64,000 nt of DNA from an uncultured Candidatus Saccharibacteria bacterium (GTDB lineage: Bacteria; Patescibacteriota; Saccharimonadia; Saccharimonadales; CAYVSP01). The stretch lies in assembly GCA_964584265.1 (NCBI GenBank), contig CAZOZI010000001.1:1623-65622 (forward strand), in the 5' to 3' direction. The translations under genes and the position numbers were made by a program. The notes under the pieces are model-generated. The model was not told where the DNA came from. It ran no database searches and worked only from the letters and a program-made list of their open reading frames with translations. Position 1 is the first letter of the stretch. The number at the start of each line of letters is the position of its first letter. Shown one piece after another: positions 10,769-21,610 of the stretch.

Positions 10769-12189
10769 GCCAGTGGCCTGCTATTGCTGTAATTGCCAAA
10801 GAGGTTCAAAGCGGGAAGCTCAAAGCGACTGATCTTGTTGACAAAGCGCATAAAACTATCGACCAGAAAAAAGAGTTTAATGCAGTTCTAGCCACCATTA
10901 AGGAGCGCGCCCAAACCCGCGCCAAACAAATCGATGATAGTGTGACAAAAGGCCAAAGCGCTGGTCGCTTAGCCGGCGTCCCTTTCATTGCCAAAGACAA
11001 TTTCTTGACGTTCGGTAGCGAGACAACCGCGGCTAGTAATATTCTTAAAGGGTTTGAGGCGCCTTATCAGGCGACTGCGATAGAAAGCCTCGAAGCTGAA
11101 GGAGCCATCTGTGTGGGTAAGGCAAATCTTGATGCCTTTGGTCATGGAGGTAGTACTGAAAATAGTGACTTCATAATAACAAAGCATCCATTAGATAAAA
11201 CACGCGTTCCTGGCGGTTCTTCAGGCGGGTCAGCGGCTGCCGTTATTCTTGGCATAGTACCGTTTGCTCTTGGTACTGATACAGGCGGTTCGATTCGCCA
11301 ACCAGCTGCTTTCAGTGGTGCTGTGGGTTATAAACCAACCTATGGCTTAGTATCACGCAGTGGCATTGTAGCAATGGCCAGCAGTACTGATACAGTCGGC
11401 CCGCTTGCATGTTCGGTTGAGGATGCCGCATTGGTACTTGATGTCATGGCTGGCAAGGATGCGCTTGATAGCACTACCATTGATCGCGACAAGCTAGCAT
11501 ACATAAACTTGGACGAAGATCTCAAAGGAAAAAAAATCGGAGTTATAGAGGAGTATTTTGTTAAAGGGCTTGATAGTGGAGTAAGGAAACAAATCGAGGC
11601 AACGATAGAAAAGTTGCGCCACGCTGGCGCAAACGTAAAGATGGTAAATCTTCCGTCCTTACCATTAGCATTGGCTTCTTACTACATCATAATGCCAGCC
11701 GAAGTGAGCAGTAATTTGAGTCGGTATGATGGACAGCATTACGGTTTTACTCATCCAGATGCATCGACACTTGAAGAAAGCTACAGCTGGTCCAGAAGCG
11801 AGGGGTTTGGCATAGAAGCAAAGCGCCGAATTATGATTGGTACATATGTTCTGTCTAGTGGCTACTACGACGCCTATTACAAAAAGGCCCAAACAGTGCG
11901 TACCAAACTTATTCATGAATTTAATGCAGCATTAGACCAAGTGGATTTTCTAGTCGGTCCAGTAGCGCCGACAACTGCGTTTAAAATTAGTGAGAACATA
12001 CATGATCCTTTGCAAATGTATCTACAAGATATAATGACCGTCGCTCCTAGTCTGGCTGGAATTCCGGCAGTCAGTCTGCCGGCTGGGATGCATAATGGCT
12101 TACCGGTCGGCATTCAATTGATGGCTCGTCGTGGCGACGATCGAAAGCTGCTTGGTCTGGCCAAGTCTACAGAGGAGTTGCTAATATGA
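10765..12189 (+). CDS. gatA: Asp/Glu-tRNA amidotransferase subunit A
   Basis: AKDN, PGGSSGGS, GTDTGGSIRQPA, SSNLSRYDG, KRRIMIGTYVLSSGYYDAYY. Confidence 0.97.
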   Translation: MSQWPAIAVIAKEVQSGKLKATDLVDKAHKTIDQKKEFNAVLATIKERAQTRAKQIDDSVTKGQSAGRLAGVPFIAKDNFLTFGSETTAASNILKGFEAPYQATAIESLEAEGAICVGKANLDAFGHGGSTENSDFIITKHPLDKTRVPGGSSGGSAAAVILGIVPFALGTDTGGSIRQPAAFSGAVGYKPTYGLVSRSGIVAMASSTDTVGPLACSVEDAALVLDVMAGKDALDSTTIDRDKLAYINLDEDLKGKKIGVIEEYFVKGLDSGVRKQIEATIEKLRHAGANVKMVNLPSLPLALASYYIIMPAEVSSNLSRYDGQHYGFTHPDASTLEESYSWSRSEGFGIEAKRRIMIGTYVLSSGYYDAYYKKAQTVRTKLIHEFNAALDQVDFLVGPVAPTTAFKISENIHDPLQMYLQDIMTVAPSLAGIPAVSLPAGMHNGLPVGIQLMARRGDDRKLLGLAKSTEELLI

Positions 12190-12617
12190 ATCAACTAACG
12201 ATAGTTGAATTCGCAGGCTTGGGTCTGCTAGCCCTTCTGCTATTGTTCCTATTACTCCGTCGTGTACCACGTCGTCCAAAGCAACGCTACTTTGTGGCTC
12301 ATTGGAAAGAGCTGCAAGCTTATTGCAAGGACAAAACAACTTGGCCAAGAGCAATCAGTGAAGCTGACAAATTGCTAGACAAAGCACTCAAGAAACGTCG
12401 CTTCGTGGGCAAGAGTATGGGTGAACGTCTCGTATCAGCACAGCACAGCTTAAGTCAAAATGATGGCGTATGGTATGCACATAATTTATGTAAGAAAATT
12501 TTAGCCAATCCGGCTGCTAAACTAAGGGAGACTGACGTAAAGCGTGCTTTAGTTGCTTTCCGCTTGGCACTGCGTGATATTGGTGCACTTCCCCACGAAG
12601 AGGAGATTGAAAAGTGA
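12186..12617 (+). CDS. Membrane-anchored hypothetical protein inside the gat operon
   Basis: N-terminal TM helix, then AISEADKLLD...G.SMGERL. Overlaps both gatA and gatB. Confidence 0.75.
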   Translation: MNQLTIVEFAGLGLLALLLLFLLLRRVPRRPKQRYFVAHWKELQAYCKDKTTWPRAISEADKLLDKALKKRRFVGKSMGERLVSAQHSLSQNDGVWYAHNLCKKILANPAAKLRETDVKRALVAFRLALRDIGALPHEEEIEK

Positions 12618-14086
12618 GTGCAGTCGATACAAAAAAGACCTATGTACCCACCATCGGCATTGAGTGTCATGTGCAGCTTAAGACCAAGACTAAATTATTT
12701 TCTACTGTTGCCAACGATTCCCGACAGGCTTTGCCTAATACACTAATTAGCCACATTGATCTAGGTATGCCAGGTGCCTTGCCTGTTCTGAACGAAAAAG
12801 CGGTTGAATATGCTGTGCGAGTGGCTTTTGCCTTAAATACTCACCCGCAAATGCATAGTTTTTTTGAGAGGAAGCACTACTTTTATCCAGACTTGCCTAA
12901 GGGCTATCAAATCACACAACTGAGCCAGCCGATTATTGTAGGTGGCTACGTTGAGCTCGATGAAGGAAAGCAAAAGGTCCACCTCAATCGTGTACAACTA
13001 GAAGAAGACGCCGGCAAAAATATACATCCTGCCGGCAAAGACTATAGTCTGGTTGACTTGAATAGGGCTGGCACACCGCTGCTTGAAATTGTTTCAGAAC
13101 CCGATATGCACAGCGCGCACGAGGCTAAAGCTTACGTGCGTGAACTCTACTTGCTGATGAAATACGCTGGTGTCTCTGACGCAGATTTATACCATGGCAA
13201 TATGCGTTTTGATGTTAATGTCAGCGTCAGTAAAGACACACAAAAACTTGGCATACGCACTGAAACAAAAAACCTTAATTCGTTTAGGAGTGTTGAAAAA
13301 GCAGTTGAATTTGAAATTAAGCGTCAAATTGAAGAACTTGAAAAAGGTCGTGAGATTATCCAGGAAACGCGCGGTTGGGATGATGCCAAGCAAAAAACGC
13401 TATCTCAACGGGGTAAGGAAGAAGCACATGACTATCGTTACATGCCAGAGCCAGATATTCCACCACTTGAACTAGATAGCACCTTTGTGAAAAAAATTCA
13501 AAACGATATGCCGGTGATGCCTAATGAATGGCGTTCAAGGCTTGAGGGTTTGGGTTTATCAGAAAACAACATTGAAACACTTATGGAAGCTGAAGTTGAT
13601 AACGAGTCGCGTAACTATTTGTCGCTTATTGAAGCTGCTATGTCTGACAAATCACAAGCAGTTAGCTTAGCCAACTGGTTTGTTAATATAGAAATTCCGC
13701 TCCAACGAGATGGTAAAGCAAGTAACGCACTTACCAACATCCGTCGTGCTGAGTTGTATCAGGATGTATATTCATTGCTTAAGGAAGACAAACTAAGTGC
13801 CACCAATGCTAAATCGCTAATTCACGAGCTGCTAACTTCAGGCTTAGACCCAGATAATGTGGCGTTGTTCGCTAAAGACCAAGGCTACCTTCAGGTATCG
13901 GACGAAGCAGCCATTGAACAGATTGTTAAGGACGTCATAGCTGAGTATCCGCAGGCAGTCGAAGATGTGCGCAAAGGCGAAATGAAAGCCGTTGGCTTTT
14001 TAGTCGGACAAGTTATGAAGGCCAGCCAAGGCGCGGCTAATCCGCAGCTTGCCCAGAAACTCCTCAAAAAACAGCTTGGTGTATAA
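12614..14086 (+). CDS. gatB: Asp/Glu-tRNA amidotransferase subunit B
   Basis: IGIECHVQL, RKHYFYPDLPKGYQITQ, LEEDAGK, DLNRAGTPLLEIVSEP, DYRYMPEPD, C-terminal YqeY-like domain. Confidence 0.98.
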   Translation: MSAVDTKKTYVPTIGIECHVQLKTKTKLFSTVANDSRQALPNTLISHIDLGMPGALPVLNEKAVEYAVRVAFALNTHPQMHSFFERKHYFYPDLPKGYQITQLSQPIIVGGYVELDEGKQKVHLNRVQLEEDAGKNIHPAGKDYSLVDLNRAGTPLLEIVSEPDMHSAHEAKAYVRELYLLMKYAGVSDADLYHGNMRFDVNVSVSKDTQKLGIRTETKNLNSFRSVEKAVEFEIKRQIEELEKGREIIQETRGWDDAKQKTLSQRGKEEAHDYRYMPEPDIPPLELDSTFVKKIQNDMPVMPNEWRSRLEGLGLSENNIETLMEAEVDNESRNYLSLIEAAMSDKSQAVSLANWFVNIEIPLQRDGKASNALTNIRRAELYQDVYSLLKEDKLSATNAKSLIHELLTSGLDPDNVALFAKDQGYLQVSDEAAIEQIVKDVIAEYPQAVEDVRKGEMKAVGFLVGQVMKASQGAANPQLAQKLLKKQLGV

Positions 14087-14094
14087 TCAGAACA

Positions 14095-14361
14095 ATGGAT
14101 AGTGAGACAATTTTGGTGATAATCCTTTCCTGCACTCTAGCGGTGTTTCTTGTTGTTGGTATCATAGCGCTGTTAAAAACCATAAAAGTTCTTAACACCA
14201 TGCAGCGAATCGCTGATAAGGCGGAGCGCTTTGCAGAGAGCGCAGAAGCAGTTGGTGAGTTCTTTAAAAAAACCAGCGGTACGTTTGCAATTACTAAACT
14301 GCTCTCAAATATTACGGATTATGTTAAACGAAAGGGTAAGGAGGAAAAGAGTCGTGGCTAA
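14095..14361 (+). CDS. Small membrane protein, DUF948/YoxC-like
   Basis: N-terminal TM helix plus amphipathic helix, adjacent to a YtxH-like gene. Confidence 0.6.
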   Translation: MDSETILVIILSCTLAVFLVVGIIALLKTIKVLNTMQRIADKAERFAESAEAVGEFFKKTSGTFAITKLLSNITDYVKRKGKEEKSRG

Positions 14362-14773
14362 GAATACGAAAAAATGGGCACTTGGGGCCTTGCTAGCTGG
14401 TTTAGGCGGTTACGTGGCCGGTATACTCACTGCTCCCAAAAGTGGCAAAGAGACGCGTAAAGATATTGGTCAAGCGGCCAATAAGGCTAAGGCTGATGCC
14501 GAGCGTACACTCAAACAGCTCCATAGCGATTTAGATATTTTAATCGAAAAAGGCAGACAACAAGCCAAAAACATGCAGACGGCCGCTAAAGAACAGCTCA
14601 CCAAGCTTCTAGATAATGCTCAAAAGGCCAAGGAGAAAGCGCGCGTTTTACTGTCGGCTTTGCATGAAGGCGACACGGATGACAAGGATCTGAAAAAGGC
14701 AATCAACGAAGTTAACCAAGCACTTGAACACCTAAAGGACTATCTAAAAAAAGAGGGCACGACCACCAAATAA
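14354..14773 (+). CDS. YtxH-domain protein
   Basis: GALLAG..G..AGILTAPKSGKETR signature. GTG at 14354 with SD GAGG. Confidence 0.88.
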   Translation: MAKNTKKWALGALLAGLGGYVAGILTAPKSGKETRKDIGQAANKAKADAERTLKQLHSDLDILIEKGRQQAKNMQTAAKEQLTKLLDNAQKAKEKARVLLSALHEGDTDDKDLKKAINEVNQALEHLKDYLKKEGTTTK

Positions 14774-14828
14774 GGCTAATTGCAGCGAAAACAGCAGCAA
14801 GCTCTATACGCTATAATAAACACACATC

Positions 14829-17800
14829 ATGACGGAGGGAAAAGAAAAAAAGACAAAGCTATCTAGTAGTGACTTTGTGCATCTGCACAATCATACACAA
14901 TATAGTCTACTTGATGGGTTGACCAAAATACCTGAGCTAATGGACGCAGTCCAAGCTATGGGCATGCATAGCGTCGCCATTACGGATCATGGGACACTGT
15001 CAGGTCTAATTGAATTTTATAAAGAAGCCAACGCACGATCAATCAAGCCAATTCTCGGTCTTGAGGCATATATGGCTGTACGCAGTTTCAGCGATAAAGA
15101 TCCAACCAAAGATAAAAATAACTTCCACCTAACCCTGCTGGCTATGAATCAACAAGGCTATCAAAACCTGATGAGGCTGAGCACAATAGCTAATTTAGAG
15201 GGCTTCTATTATAGACCACGTATTGACCATACTCTTTTGAAGAAGTACAGCGAAGGGTTAATTGTTTTGAGCGGCTGCATTGGCAGTGAAGTTGGTGATG
15301 CTCTAAGGCAAGCACAGTATGAGGCAGCCAAAAAAATAGCTCAGTGGTACAAAAGTGTATTTGGTGATCGCTACTATCTAGAAGTCCAGGATCATGGCCA
15401 CCCCAGCCACCCGACTTATTGGAAAGAGCAAGAAGCAGTCAACCAGCAGTTACTTCAATTAGCTAAAGAATTAGATATCGCTTGTGTTGTCACTTGCGAT
15501 GCGCACTATCTGCGTCGTGATGATCAAGAAGCTCATGAAGTTCTCTTATGCGTTCAAACTGGTTCATTTTTAAGTGACGAGGGACGCATGAGTCTTAAAG
15601 ATCTTACATTGCATGTAACTGATCCCAAAGAGGTTATTAAACGGTGGGGCAAGGAAAATCCAGAGCTTATCACTAACACTCACGTGATTGCTGAGCGTTG
15701 TGAAATTAAATTAGAGCTTGGCAGAATCCTTATCCCGAAATTTCCAGTACCACAAGGCCAAACCGAGCGGTCACATCTGGAATTATTGACATACCAGGGT
15801 CTCGCTTGGCGTTACGGCGGCATGGCAGAGAGCAAAGCAAAAAAACTTACTAAAGAAGCGGCAAAAAAAACATTATCAGATGAGGTAAGAGAGAGGGCGG
15901 AATATGAATTAGGCGTTATTGAGCAAATGGGTTTTTGTGGTTATTTCTTAATTATTGCCGACTTTATCAACTGGGGAAAGAATAAAGGCATTGTGTTTGG
16001 GCCGGGACGTGGCTCGGCGGCTGGTTCAATTATTTCTTATGCCCTTAAAATAACTGAACTTGATCCCTTGGCTTATGATTTGCTGTTCGAGCGCTTCTTA
16101 AATCCAGATCGCATTTCTATGCCGGATATCGATATTGATATTCAAGATTCAAGGCGTGATGAAGTGATCCAATATTGCGTGGACAAGTATGGAACTGATC
16201 GAGTAGCCAACATTGTGACGTTTGGCCGTATGGCTGCTCGAAACGCGGTCCGTGATGTAGCTAGGGTGCTACAAGTACCCTATGCTGAAGCTGACAAGCT
16301 AGCCAAAATGTTGCCTCAGCCTGTCCAGGGCCGTCATATACCTCTCTCACAATCTTTGAAACAAGATAGAGATCTCAAAGAGGAATATCGTACTAACGAG
16401 TCGGCCAGACGAGTCTTTGATCTGGCCATACAGCTAGAGGGTACCATCAGAAGTCATGGCGTGCATGCTGCTGGTGTGGTTATTGCACCGGATGAAATTG
16501 TAAAGTTCACACCTCTTGAAATGGCTCAAAAAGGTGTCGTCGCAACCCAATACTCCATGGGACCAATTGAAGATCTTGGTCTACTCAAGATGGACTTTTT
16601 GGGGCTTTCTAACCTGACTATTATTAAAAATGCATTACGCATTATCCGTAAAGTCTACGATAAGCAAATAGTCATTGACCAAATCCCGCTTGACGACGCC
16701 AAGACCTATGAACTATTCCAGCACGGAGACACAACAGGTGTTTTCCAGTTCGAATCGGCAGGCATGAAGCGCTACCTTAAAGAGCTCCAGCCCACCGAAT
16801 TTAATGATCTAATCGCTATGAATGCCCTGTATCGTCCTGGACCAATGCAATGGATAGAGGAGTTTATCGCTCGTAAAAACGGCAAGCGTACTATTACTTA
16901 TTTGGATGAAGTTATGCGTCCGGCCTTAGAGCCAACCTATGGCATCATGGTTTACCAAGAACAGGTTATGCAAATTGCTAAAGACATGTGTGGATTTAGT
17001 GGCGGACAGGCTGACACGTTGCGCAAAGCGATTGGAAAGAAAAAACGCGATGTTATGGCCAAGCTGAAGCAAGAATTCATTACTGGCGCAACAAAGACGT
17101 CTGGTGTAAAAGTAGCGGTCGTAGAGAAGCTATGGGCCGAGCTGGAGAAATTTGCAGACTACGCTTTCCCGAAAGCCCACTCATCATGTTATGCCACCGT
17201 AGCGTATTGGACAGCTTACCTTAAAGCAAATTATCCACCTGCTTTTATGGCAGCGCTTATGACCAGTGATTTTGATAACACAGATCGTTTAGCCATTGAA
17301 ATCAATGAATGCAAGCATATGGGCATAGAAGTATTGCCACCTGATGTAAATGAGTCGTTTGTTGAATTCGCTGTGCTAGCTAAGAGCAAACAAATACGTT
17401 TTGGCTTAGCGGCTATCAAGAATGTTGGCACTGCTGCTGTCGAAGAGATTTTGCGAGCTCGCGATATAGACCACGAGTTTGCCAATTTAGAGGATTTTTT
17501 CGCTAAAGTGAATGCTAGAATCGTAAATCGGAAAACAATTGAGAGCTTAATTAAAGCTGGTGCTCTGGATAGTTTTGGCAAACGTACTAAGCTACTATCC
17601 AACCTCGATGCGTTGTTGGCATATGCTAGCCGGGTTCAAAAGGCTAAAGTTGCAGGGCAGACTGACTTGTTTGGCGATGATGTTAATACCAAGACAATGC
17701 ATGCTTCACTTCATTTAGAAAATAGTGATATTGAAATCAATGCCGCAGAGCTACTGCGTTGGGAACGCGATCTCCTTGGTATTTATTTGTCGCAACACCC

Positions 17801-18467
17801 GCTTGATCAATTTGAGACATTGCTGGGGGAGCAAACAGTACCGCTCAATGAACTGCAGCCAAGTCAAGAAGGCAAACGTGTGACAGTTGGCGGAGCAGTT
17901 ACAGATGTGCGAGAAGTTACTACTAAACGAGGCCAAAAGATGGCATTCGTTAAACTAGCCGATAAATTTGGTGAAATTGAGCTCATTTTATTCCCTGGCA
18001 ACTATCAGCAACAAGATATCTGGGAAAGGGATCGTATTATTATCGCCACAGGGAAAATAACTTCACGTGATCGAAATGGTGCTGCTTTAGGAGAAGTGAA
18101 GATTCTGGTTGATGATGCCCATGAAGTTAACTTAAATGAAGCCAGCGGTGAACAATTAATGGCGACTTCGTCCAAAGCTGTAAAAGGCCCGGGGGCTAAA
18201 GTATTGTATAAATCGACCCCGACTAACAGATATAACAACGTACCAACACGAGTTTACTTGCGGCTAATGAGTGGTGAGGATCAAGAACTGCTACTTTCGT
18301 TAAAGCAAACTATTGATGATTACCAAGGAGATACTGAAGTAGTGCTGGTGCTTGGCGAGGATAGTAATAAGCAGGTTATCAAGCTGCCAATGCGTATCAA
18401 TAGTGCGCCGCGAGTGCTTGGTGAGCTACAAAGTCTCTTAGGTGAAGCAAACGTTAAAGCAGCCTAA
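14829..18467 (+). CDS. dnaE: DNA polymerase III alpha subunit
   Basis: PHP domain HLHNHTQYSLLDG and TDHG, GPGRGSAAGS, SMPDIDID, GLLKMDFLGL, OB fold. No intein seen. Confidence 0.98.
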   Translation: MTEGKEKKTKLSSSDFVHLHNHTQYSLLDGLTKIPELMDAVQAMGMHSVAITDHGTLSGLIEFYKEANARSIKPILGLEAYMAVRSFSDKDPTKDKNNFHLTLLAMNQQGYQNLMRLSTIANLEGFYYRPRIDHTLLKKYSEGLIVLSGCIGSEVGDALRQAQYEAAKKIAQWYKSVFGDRYYLEVQDHGHPSHPTYWKEQEAVNQQLLQLAKELDIACVVTCDAHYLRRDDQEAHEVLLCVQTGSFLSDEGRMSLKDLTLHVTDPKEVIKRWGKENPELITNTHVIAERCEIKLELGRILIPKFPVPQGQTERSHLELLTYQGLAWRYGGMAESKAKKLTKEAAKKTLSDEVRERAEYELGVIEQMGFCGYFLIIADFINWGKNKGIVFGPGRGSAAGSIISYALKITELDPLAYDLLFERFLNPDRISMPDIDIDIQDSRRDEVIQYCVDKYGTDRVANIVTFGRMAARNAVRDVARVLQVPYAEADKLAKMLPQPVQGRHIPLSQSLKQDRDLKEEYRTNESARRVFDLAIQLEGTIRSHGVHAAGVVIAPDEIVKFTPLEMAQKGVVATQYSMGPIEDLGLLKMDFLGLSNLTIIKNALRIIRKVYDKQIVIDQIPLDDAKTYELFQHGDTTGVFQFESAGMKRYLKELQPTEFNDLIAMNALYRPGPMQWIEEFIARKNGKRTITYLDEVMRPALEPTYGIMVYQEQVMQIAKDMCGFSGGQADTLRKAIGKKKRDVMAKLKQEFITGATKTSGVKVAVVEKLWAELEKFADYAFPKAHSSCYATVAYWTAYLKANYPPAFMAALMTSDFDNTDRLAIEINECKHMGIEVLPPDVNESFVEFAVLAKSKQIRFGLAAIKNVGTAAVEEILRARDIDHEFANLEDFFAKVNARIVNRKTIESLIKAGALDSFGKRTKLLSNLDALLAYASRVQKAKVAGQTDLFGDDVNTKTMHASLHLENSDIEINAAELLRWERDLLGIYLSQHPLDQFETLLGEQTVPLNELQPSQEGKRVTVGGAVTDVREVTTKRGQKMAFVKLADKFGEIELILFPGNYQQQDIWERDRIIIATGKITSRDRNGAALGEVKILVDDAHEVNLNEASGEQLMATSSKAVKGPGAKVLYKSTPTNRYNNVPTRVYLRLMSGEDQELLLSLKQTIDDYQGDTEVVLVLGEDSNKQVIKLPMRINSAPRVLGELQSLLGEANVKAA

Positions 18468-19453
18468 CGGATTGTGCCAGCAGCCTGCACCAAAAGTATA
18501 CAGAGTCCCAAAAAACTAATTAAAGTTACGTCAAATAGTGGGTGATGAAGCGCAAACCGCTCACCGTTTTTAAATACCCGACGCAAGCGCAAGCTGTGGC
18601 GCAGTAGAAGAGTACCCAAGCCCACTACACCAACTAAAACTACTAAACTATTTATCCAAGGCATCTTGCCCTTCGTAATTAACTGTGAGTAGGTGACTGG
18701 TTGAGTTTTAGGTTCGGCTTTTGTTTTTGTGTCGCTGGTTGGTGCTGACGAAGTGGTTGGGCTCTCAGTTGTTTTCGCTGGTGTTGTCTCACTTGCTGGT
18801 TGTGGCTCAACCTTTGTTACTTTCTGTTGAGGAGCTACCGCTTGGATAGGGGGGGCACTTGTAGCTGCGCTCAATACCTGGGGTTGGGCGTACATAGCTA
18901 CCACAATAGTTTCTTCACCTTGAGTTTGATAATTACTAGCGTTAGCAATTCCAAAACCAACCTCACTGAACACACCATTAAGCAGGTTTTCGCGATGCGC
19001 TGGACTGTTCATCCAGCCGGTTATGGTGTCACTGCTGGTGTCAAATCCGTAGGCTAAATTCTCTCCAGCTTTCTGATAATGGTATCCGGTGTTGTCAATA
19101 AAGATCCAGGGCGGATTGCCTTCCGGAGTGTTGTGCGACCAATAATTACGTGCAGCCATATCATTGGCTTTGGCTTGTGCGGCACTTGTGAGTTTGTTGT
19201 TGATCGCGAGACCGCTTACGTGGTTAGCTAGCCTCTGTTGGTTAGTATCCTGTAGTAGTCCTGGGGTTGATATATTAGTAGCGTATGACAACACACCACG
19301 ATGTACGGCATGTAAACTGAAGCTTACAAAGAAAATTGCTCCTAATATGGACAGCAAAGGCATATATGGCCAATACGTCTTTAAGAAGTGTGATGTGTGT
19401 TTTTGATGGTGGCCGTAGCGTTTTTTGTGATGCGGCGGACTGCTCGTCGCCAT
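18464..19453 (-). CDS. CAP (SCP/Tpx-1) domain membrane protein
   Basis: AAQAKANDM, YWSHN, GENLAYG, WMNSPAHRENLL. S/T/P-rich linker, TM helices at both ends. Confidence 0.9.
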   Translation of the reverse strand: MATSSPPHHKKRYGHHQKHTSHFLKTYWPYMPLLSILGAIFFVSFSLHAVHRGVLSYATNISTPGLLQDTNQQRLANHVSGLAINNKLTSAAQAKANDMAARNYWSHNTPEGNPPWIFIDNTGYHYQKAGENLAYGFDTSSDTITGWMNSPAHRENLLNGVFSEVGFGIANASNYQTQGEETIVVAMYAQPQVLSAATSAPPIQAVAPQQKVTKVEPQPASETTPAKTTESPTTSSAPTSDTKTKAEPKTQPVTYSQLITKGKMPWINSLVVLVGVVGLGTLLLRHSLRLRRVFKNGERFALHHPLFDVTLISFLGLCILLVQAAGTIR

Positions 19454-19474
19454 AATGCAATATATTATACCTTG

Positions 19475-19975
19475 TTAGGCGATAAAGCGCACATGGTAAA
19501 GTGCCATGGCGGCTGCTTGTGCTACGTTGAAGGACTCCTTTTTGCCGATCATTGGGATTTCAACCACTTTGTCGACAATCCGCAAGATTGCTAGCTCAAT
19601 TCCTTCGACCTCACGGCCGACGAGCAATGCTACGTTAGATGGTGGATGATAGTTGGGCAAAGGCTGCGACTGCTTGGTCTGCTCGAGTGCACATAGCTGG
19701 AAGCCATCATCTTTAAGATGACTAATGAGTGTTTGCACGCTTTCGTAGTGTTCCCATTGCATAGTCTTTTCAGCGCCCAGAGCAGTCTTATGAATCTGAC
19801 GTTCAATTTTAGCAGCAGTGTGAGGTAATCTAGTGTCCTTTGGGTGACTTGGGTAGGGCGTGTAGCCAGTAAGGTAGACTGTGCCTACGCCCAGGCCTTC
19901 AGCAGTGCGTAGCAGCGAGCCGACGTTATGGCAACTCCGGATATTATGAGCGATAAGGACAATTCGGCGATTCAT
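19475..19975 (-). CDS. TrmH/SpoU-family RNA methyltransferase
   Basis: HNIRSCHNVGSLLRTA, LLVGREVEG, EIPM.G.KESFNVAQA. Confidence 0.92.
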   Translation of the reverse strand: MNRRIVLIAHNIRSCHNVGSLLRTAEGLGVGTVYLTGYTPYPSHPKDTRLPHTAAKIERQIHKTALGAEKTMQWEHYESVQTLISHLKDDGFQLCALEQTKQSQPLPNYHPPSNVALLVGREVEGIELAILRIVDKVVEIPMIGKKESFNVAQAAAMALYHVRFIA

Positions 19976-20008
19976 AATTAATCTCTCTTATGCTTAAATA
20001 GTGGACGT

Positions 20009-21610
20009 ATGAGTCAAGACGCCCGGGCCGATGAAGAACAAGCTACACAGCGTCGTGCCGCTATTCTAGGCATGACGTATTTTGACACAGCTGGCACTAC
20101 CGATAAAGCGCTTTATAAAGACCTCTTGCCCGTAAGAGAATTGTATGATCTAAAAATTATTCCTTTGCAATCCGATGAACACTATATAAATTTTGGCGTT
20201 ACCAATACCACTTCCCAGGCGACTATGAGTAATCTGCGGCAACGCTTTCAAGACCAGCAAATTACTTATGCGCTGATTTCTGATACTGGCTTTCGTGATT
20301 ACCTGAAGCTGTATGATCCACCCAAAGAGGTCAAATACCAGGATATCAGTGTCTCGTCGTTTGATGTCGCACAAGGTATCGAAGATGTTTCAACGACGCT
20401 AGCGCAAGTACATGCCGATGATTTATTAGCCTACCTAGTAAAGCAGGCCTATCAGCTCAAAGCATCCGATATACACTTGGAATGTCAAAAAGAAGATGTA
20501 CGTGTTCGTTTACGGGTTGACGGTGTATTGCATCCCATTGCTAGGCTTGCGGGCGACAAATACCGTCAACTGCTCTCTGCCATTGCTATCGTTGCTAACA
20601 TTTCAACTAATGCTCCAGAGGCCCAAACTGGTCATATCAACAAGGAATACACACTTGCTACTGGTGAAAAAGTTACGGTAAATCTGCGCGTTGAAACTGT
20701 ACCAGCCGCTTTTGGGCAAGATGTGGTGATGCGTCTGTTCAACCTTAAATTAGAACTGCTTAAACTTGATAATTTAAGTCTCAGTGAGGCTGAACGCAAA
20801 GTAGTAGATGATATTATTCAGCACCCGACCGGTATGGTTCTTGTCGTAGGTCCCACTGGGTCAGGTAAAACCACTACCTTATATTCTCTAATCAATACAC
20901 TTAATACACCTGAACGAAAAATTGTAACACTTGAGGACCCTATTGAGTATTTTATGCCTGGAGTAGTGCAGATTCCGGTTCGAGGCGACCAAGACAAAAC
21001 CGGCTTCGCTGAAAAACTGCGTGCAGTGTTACGTCTAGACCCTGATGTAGTTATGGTTGGCGAAATTCGTGACCAAGACACGGCTCGCACTTCCTTGCAG
21101 GCTGCCCTGACTGGCCAGTTGGTCATGAGTACCTTCCATGCCTATTCTGCAGCGGCGGCTTTGACTCGCATGCTCGACGCCGTCGGCATCAATCCATTGT
21201 TTGCCTCGGCAATGCACTTGGTTATGGCTCAACGGTTGGTGCGTCGGCTCGACGAAAATACTAAACAACCATATCAAGCAGACGAAGCGCTCATCAAACA
21301 GTTGCAGCCTATCATAGATAGTCTGCCCAAACATGTAACGAAGCCTGATCTAAAAAAAGTTACATTCTACCGTTCGGGGAAATCTAAAGAGAATCCATTC
21401 GGGTACACCGGACAATTGCCACTGCGTGAACAACTGCAAATGACCCCAGGTGTGCGGCAAATTCTGCGCATGCCACCTAATGAAGTAACCACTGAGATGA
21501 TTGAAAAAAAGGCCGTCGAAGACGGCATGCTGACCATGCTGCAAGATGGTCTACTCAAGGCCATTGAGGGGCTGACTAGTCTTGAAGAGGTGTATAGAGT
21601 AGTTGGCTAA
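20009..21610 (+). CDS. GspE/PulE/PilB-family type IV pilus assembly ATPase
   Basis: ASDIHLE, RVDGVL, GPTGSGKTTTLY, TLEDPIEY, LRLDPDVVMVGEIRD, AQRLVRRL, G.TSLEEVYRV. Confidence 0.93.
   Translation: MSQDARADEEQATQRRAAILGMTYFDTAGTTDKALYKDLLPVRELYDLKIIPLQSDEHYINFGVTNTTSQATMSNLRQRFQDQQITYALISDTGFRDYLKLYDPPKEVKYQDISVSSFDVAQGIEDVSTTLAQVHADDLLAYLVKQAYQLKASDIHLECQKEDVRVRLRVDGVLHPIARLAGDKYRQLLSAIAIVANISTNAPEAQTGHINKEYTLATGEKVTVNLRVETVPAAFGQDVVMRLFNLKLELLKLDNLSLSEAERKVVDDIIQHPTGMVLVVGPTGSGKTTTLYSLINTLNTPERKIVTLEDPIEYFMPGVVQIPVRGDQDKTGFAEKLRAVLRLDPDVVMVGEIRDQDTARTSLQAALTGQLVMSTFHAYSAAAALTRMLDAVGINPLFASAMHLVMAQRLVRRLDENTKQPYQADEALIKQLQPIIDSLPKHVTKPDLKKVTFYRSGKSKENPFGYTGQLPLREQLQMTPGVRQILRMPPNEVTTEMIEKKAVEDGMLTMLQDGLLKAIEGLTSLEEVYRVVG

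Noticed and set aside
14829-18467. Intein or intron in dnaE (also considered for rpoB, rpoC, recG)
   Set aside because: Lengths are ordinary, motifs are contiguous and no splice-junction signatures were seen.
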